A stretch of 64,000 nt of DNA from an uncultured Oscillospiraceae bacterium (GTDB lineage Bacteria; Bacillota; Clostridia; Oscillospirales; QAMX01): the NCBI GenBank assembly GCA_964448855.1, contig CAYUXI010000003.1:32976-96975 (forward strand). Direction: 5' to 3'. Positions 60,699-64,000 of the stretch are shown piece after piece. Both the position numbers and the translations under genes were made by a program. The first letter of the stretch is position 1. Every line of letters starts with the position of its first letter. The notes beneath the pieces are model-generated. The model ran no database searches, was not told where the DNA came from, and worked only from the letters and a program-made list of their open reading frames with translations.

Positions 60699-61562
60699 TC
60701 AGCCGTTCTGACTGTTTTTTGTCAGACGGTCAAAGGCTTCCTGATACTTGTCCAGCGTCGCCTGTACAACGTCCGGCGGCAGAACCGGAGCCGGTTCGAC
60801 GCCAGCCAGGTGGTTATCCTTCAGCCAGTCCCGCAGATACTGCTTGTCAAAGCTGGCCTGTCCACGCCCGATCGCATAGCTGTCAGCTGCCCAGAAGCGC
60901 GACGAATCCGGCGTCAGCACTTCGTCCGCCAAAACGAGATGCCCGTCCTCATCCAGACCAAACTCAAACTTGGTATCAGCAATGATGATCCCGCGGGAGA
61001 GCGCGTAATCAGCGGCTTTCGAATAAATCTCAATCGCAGCATCGCGCACCAGAATGGCCAGAGCCGCACCCAGCTGCTCCTTCATATATTCAAAGCTGAC
61101 GTTTTCATCGTGACCGCTGGCCGCCTTGGTAGACGGCGTGAAAAGCGGCGTCACGAATTTTTCGCTCTCACGCATCCCGGACGGAATCCGAATGCCGCAG
61201 ACTTCACCGGATTCCTGATACGACGCCCAGGCGCTTCCGGTCAGATAGCCGCGCACAATGCATTCAAAGGGGAGCATTTTCAGCTTTTTGACCAGCATGG
61301 AACGCCCGGCCAAAGTGGCATCCGCCTGGAAAGGCGCCGGGAAATCAGCCGGATTGGCGCTGATAAAATGTGTGGGGATGGTGTCCTTCAGAAAGTCGAA
61401 CCAGAAAAGACTCATCTGATTCAGAAGGACACCCTTTCCTGGAACGGTTGTGTTCATAATGACGTCAAAAGCCGAGATACGGTCGCTGGTGACGATCAGC
61501 AGGCGATTGTCACCGGCATCGTAAATTTCGCGGACCTTTCCGCTGGAAATCTGAACTGCCAT
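60699..61562 (-). CDS. purC: phosphoribosylaminoimidazole-succinocarboxamide synthase
   Basis: TAAGGAG ribosome-binding site 9 nt before ATG 61562. GKVREIYD...LIVTSDRISAFD...ADTKFEFG. Confidence 0.9.
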   Translation of the reverse strand: MAVQISSGKVREIYDAGDNRLLIVTSDRISAFDVIMNTTVPGKGVLLNQMSLFWFDFLKDTIPTHFISANPADFPAPFQADATLAGRSMLVKKLKMLPFECIVRGYLTGSAWASYQESGEVCGIRIPSGMRESEKFVTPLFTPSTKAASGHDENVSFEYMKEQLGAALAILVRDAAIEIYSKAADYALSRGIIIADTKFEFGLDEDGHLVLADEVLTPDSSRFWAADSYAIGRGQASFDKQYLRDWLKDNHLAGVEPAPVLPPDVVQATLDKYQEAFDRLTKNSQNG

Positions 61563-61575
61563 GATATTCAACTCC

Positions 61576-62100
61576 TTAATTCTGTGCGTTCAGCATGGAC
61601 TGAACGCGATCGAAAATGGCACGATCCTTTTCCTGAACTTCCTGTGCCATTGCCTTCTTTGCGGCGCTGAGACGCTCTGCAATCGACTCGTCGTACACGC
61701 CAAGAATCTGCTCCGCCAGAATCGCGGCATTGTCACCGCCGTCAATGGCGACAGTGGCCACGGGGACACCCTTCGGCATCTGAACGCTGGAAAGCAGCGC
61801 ATCCAGACCATCCAGCGTCGAGGACTTGATCGGCACCGCAATCACCGGGAGCGTCGTGTGTGCGGCCAGAATCCCGGCCAGATGCGCAGCCTTCCCAGCG
61901 GCGGCGATGATCACGCCAAACCCGTTTTCACGCGCTGAGGACGAAAAAACCGCCGCAGATTCAGGCGTTCTGTGGGCGGATATAATATGAATCTCGTATG
62001 GAATTTGGTCGCGTTCAAATGTTTTGAGACAGCCGAGCATGACGGACAGATCACTGTCCGACCCTAAAATGACGGCAACCTTCTTCTGCTGGATTCCCAA
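61576..62100 (-). CDS. purE: 5-(carboxyamino)imidazole ribonucleotide mutase
   Basis: VAVILGSDSD...ISAHRTP...GVPVATVAI. The ORF track starts at TTG 62115. A GGAGGG ribosome-binding site 7 nt before TTG 62100 makes that start more likely. Confidence 0.85.
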   Translation of the reverse strand: MGIQQKKVAVILGSDSDLSVMLGCLKTFERDQIPYEIHIISAHRTPESAAVFSSSARENGFGVIIAAAGKAAHLAGILAAHTTLPVIAVPIKSSTLDGLDALLSSVQMPKGVPVATVAIDGGDNAAILAEQILGVYDESIAERLSAAKKAMAQEVQEKDRAIFDRVQSMLNAQN

Positions 62101-62172
62101 TGCAAAACCCTCCAAATGTCAAATTCAGTTGTGATGCCTGCAAAACAGGCAACGACTGTCTGTACATATATA

Positions 62173-62201
62173 ATTGTAAAGCAAACCTGTGAAAAATGCA
62201 A
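62173..62201 (-). promoter_or_regulatory. sigma-A-like promoter of the pur operon
   Basis: Minus strand reads TTGCAT, a 17-nt spacer, then TACAAT, about 70 nt upstream of the purE start. Confidence 0.55.
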
Positions 62202-62344
62202 GCAATTCACCGGGCCGGTTCGATTTTCAGAGAAGTGACCATTTATAGCAATAGACAGTCGCATCTTTTTGAAAGAATGAGCAACATTCCTCCAAACCGG
62301 CCAAAGAGATCGGGAACGGAAATTGCGAAAAGCCCGGAAAGTGC

Positions 62345-62373
62345 TTTACAGGCGTTGAAAAATCTGATATAAT
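62345..62373 (+). promoter_or_regulatory. sigma-A-like promoter (extended -10) for prfB
   Basis: TTTACA, a 17-nt spacer, then TGaTATAAT. Confidence 0.55.
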
Positions 62374-62499
62374 AACATAGATGATGCAAAATTGGGTTGG
62401 TCTGCCTGATTTCCGGACAATCCGCCATTGAACTTCGCATCTATCCATGACAGAATCATATATCGCATCGACGATGCAGACAGGAGATATCAAAAACCC

Positions 62500-63621
62500 A
62501 TGATTGAATTGATGGAATACAAGCAGCGCGCCAAGGAACTGCAGCCGCAGCTGGAGGAGCTGAAGAGCGCGCTCAGCATCGATAAATTGACAGAAGAATA
62601 TGAACAGCTCGAAGTCCAGACGCGTGAGAACACGTTCTGGGAGGATATCGAGGGCTCACAGAAGGTTATGCAGCAGATGAAGCAGCTGAAAGCCAAGCTG
62701 GATCGCTACAACAACCTGAGAACCAGAACGGACGACCTGTTCGCCCTGATCACCATGGCGCTGGAAGAAGACGAAGAGGGGATGGAAGACGACATCCTGA
62801 ACGAGCTGACCTCGCTGGAACAGTCGGTCGAACAGTTGAAGCTGGACACCATGCTCTCCGGCGAATATGACCGCCTCCCCGCCATCCTTTCCATCCATGC
62901 AGGCGCGGGCGGAACAGAAGCACAGGACTGGGCGCTGATGCTCTACCGGATGTACATCCGCTGGGGCGAACGCCGCGGCTTCCAGGTCAAGGTTCTGAAC
63001 GTTCTGGACGGCGAAGAAGCCGGAATCAAATCAGCCGATATCCTGATCGAAGGCGAAAATGCCTACGGCTACCTGAAGGGCGAACACGGCGTGCATCGCC
63101 TCGTCCGCGTCTCGCCGTTCGATGCCTCCGGCCGTCGGCACACCTCGTTTGCCGCTGTGGAAGTCATGCCCGAAATCGACGACAGCGTGGATGTCGAAAT
63201 CCGAAGCGAAGACCTGAAGGTCGATACGTACCGCTCCAGCGGTGCCGGCGGACAGCACGTCAATAAGACCGAATCCGCAGTCCGTATCACGCATCTGCCC
63301 ACCGGGATTGTCGTGGCCTGCCAGAATGAACGCAACCAGCATCAGAACCGCGAAATCGCCATGCGGATGCTGCGCTCCAAATTGATCGAGATCAAGGAGC
63401 GGGAGAAGCTGGATAAAATCGGCGATATCAAGGGCGAACAGAAACAAATTGAATGGGGCAGCCAGATTCGCAGCTATGTCTTCATGCCGTATACGCTGGT
63501 CAAGGACAATCGGACAGGCTGCGAAGTCGGTAACGTCAACGCCGTCATGGACGGGGAACTGGACGAATTGATCAATGCCTATTTGAAAGCCAGCGCCAAT
63601 GGAACGCTGAACCTGAAATAA
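62500..63621 (+). CDS. prfB: peptide chain release factor 2 (single uninterrupted frame)
   Basis: SPF tripeptide (VRVSPFDASGRRHTSFA) and GGQ (SSGAGGQHVNKTESAVR). ATG 62500 (MIELMEYKQRAKEL) follows a CAGGAG ribosome-binding site. Confidence 0.9.
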   Translation: MIELMEYKQRAKELQPQLEELKSALSIDKLTEEYEQLEVQTRENTFWEDIEGSQKVMQQMKQLKAKLDRYNNLRTRTDDLFALITMALEEDEEGMEDDILNELTSLEQSVEQLKLDTMLSGEYDRLPAILSIHAGAGGTEAQDWALMLYRMYIRWGERRGFQVKVLNVLDGEEAGIKSADILIEGENAYGYLKGEHGVHRLVRVSPFDASGRRHTSFAAVEVMPEIDDSVDVEIRSEDLKVDTYRSSGAGGQHVNKTESAVRITHLPTGIVVACQNERNQHQNREIAMRMLRSKLIEIKEREKLDKIGDIKGEQKQIEWGSQIRSYVFMPYTLVKDNRTGCEVGNVNAVMDGELDELINAYLKASANGTLNLK

Positions 63622-63656
63622 CCCGATTCAATGACGCAGACAGAAGGGAGCAACGT

Positions 63657-64000
63657 ATGGTTTCCAGAATCTGGACGGTTGGCCTGAACGGAATCGAAGG
63701 ATATCGAATCTCCTGTGAATGTGATTTGTCCGGTGGCTTGCCTACATTTGACATCGTCGGCCTGCCGGATGCCGCTGTGCGCGAATCACGCGAGCGGATT
63801 CGTGCCGCAATCAAAAATTGCGGCTTTGACTTTCCGATGCGCCGCATTACGGTGAATCTGGCACCTGCCGATACGCGTAAGGAGGGTGCGCTGTACGATT
63901 TGCCGATTCTGCTGTCTGTTTTGGCGGCATCCGGACAGATGCACGTCGATGTCTCTGACTGCGTGTTTGTGGGCGAGGTTGCCCTGGACGGTTCGCTGCG
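63657..64000 (+). CDS. YifB/ComM-family Mg-chelatase-like ATPase (N-terminal part; continues beyond window end)
   Basis: MVSRIWTVGLNGIEGYRISCECDLSGGLPTFDIVGLPDAAVRESRERIRAAIKNCGFDFPMRRITVNLAPADTRKEGALYDLPILLSVLAASGQ matches the Lon-like N-domain of YifB. The frame is open at the window edge. Confidence 0.85.
   Translation, partial: MVSRIWTVGLNGIEGYRISCECDLSGGLPTFDIVGLPDAAVRESRERIRAAIKNCGFDFPMRRITVNLAPADTRKEGALYDLPILLSVLAASGQMHVDVSDCVFVGEVALDGSL

Noticed and set aside
62116-62344. A purine or ZTP riboswitch upstream of purE.
   Set aside because: The characteristic cores (UAUAA...AUAUGG...CCGUAAA...GACUA, or GGGUCGUGACUGGCG...CCGCCUGGGC) were not found on the minus strand. Only a generic hairpin and a GACTGTC/GACAGTC long-range repeat are present.
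62500-62620. A programmed +1 frameshift site in prfB.
   Set aside because: The RF2 frame is continuous from ATG 62500 through the SPF and GGQ motifs. There is no CTT-TGA-C slippery or stop site, so this is a frameshift-independent prfB, as in a minority of bacteria.

Overview
This 64-kb chromosomal window appears to come from a high-GC, spore-forming Clostridia-type Firmicute. The taxonomic guess is inferred from YlmC/YmxH and SleB genes, a DnaD plus DnaC/DnaI-like loader pair, strong AGGAGG-type ribosome-binding sites and sigma-A-like promoters. Most of the window is housekeeping: an MBOAT/DHHW O-acylation pair, tRNA-Asp and tRNA-Thr, ybaK-mutY-manA, rlmD, and rpsF-ssb-rpsR. It also carries an HMGL-like synthase/GntR/U32 operon, a glycan-use patch (two tandem beta-helix paralogs, GH3, NahK-like kinase), a CNNM/CorC transporter, sleB, rlmB, acpS-nnrD-alr, a purECMNHD operon, prfB and the start of a YifB/ComM-like gene.

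The stand-out is an accessory operon at about 5.2-12.3 kb that looks like an uncharacterised RiPP-type peptide maturation system. It encodes a 48-aa Lys-rich-leader/Cys-rich-core peptide ORF (8462-8608) that falls below the ORF-track size cutoff. Around it sit a radical-SAM/SPASM enzyme whose peptide-binding N-terminus lies on a separate upstream ORF fused to an unassigned ~400-aa domain, an ACP-related protein with a 58-residue polyacidic tail, a subtilase fused to a DUF1611/DgcN-like domain, and an ABC exporter. Three of these genes are interrupted by in-frame stop codons (TAG 6810, TAG 8000, TGA 11100) with no frameshifts.

Secondary curiosities:
- A P-type-ATPase homolog that has lost all catalytic motifs and gained a Pro-rich repeat N-terminus.
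- An EF-G paralog lacking the switch-II histidine.
- A low-GC islet with a membrane-anchored XRE regulator.
- An orphan promoter-terminator unit next to the tRNAs.
- A long structured leader upstream of the CNNM gene.

No CRISPR array, rRNA, transposase or integrase was seen. All family assignments rest on motif recognition by eye; no searches were run.
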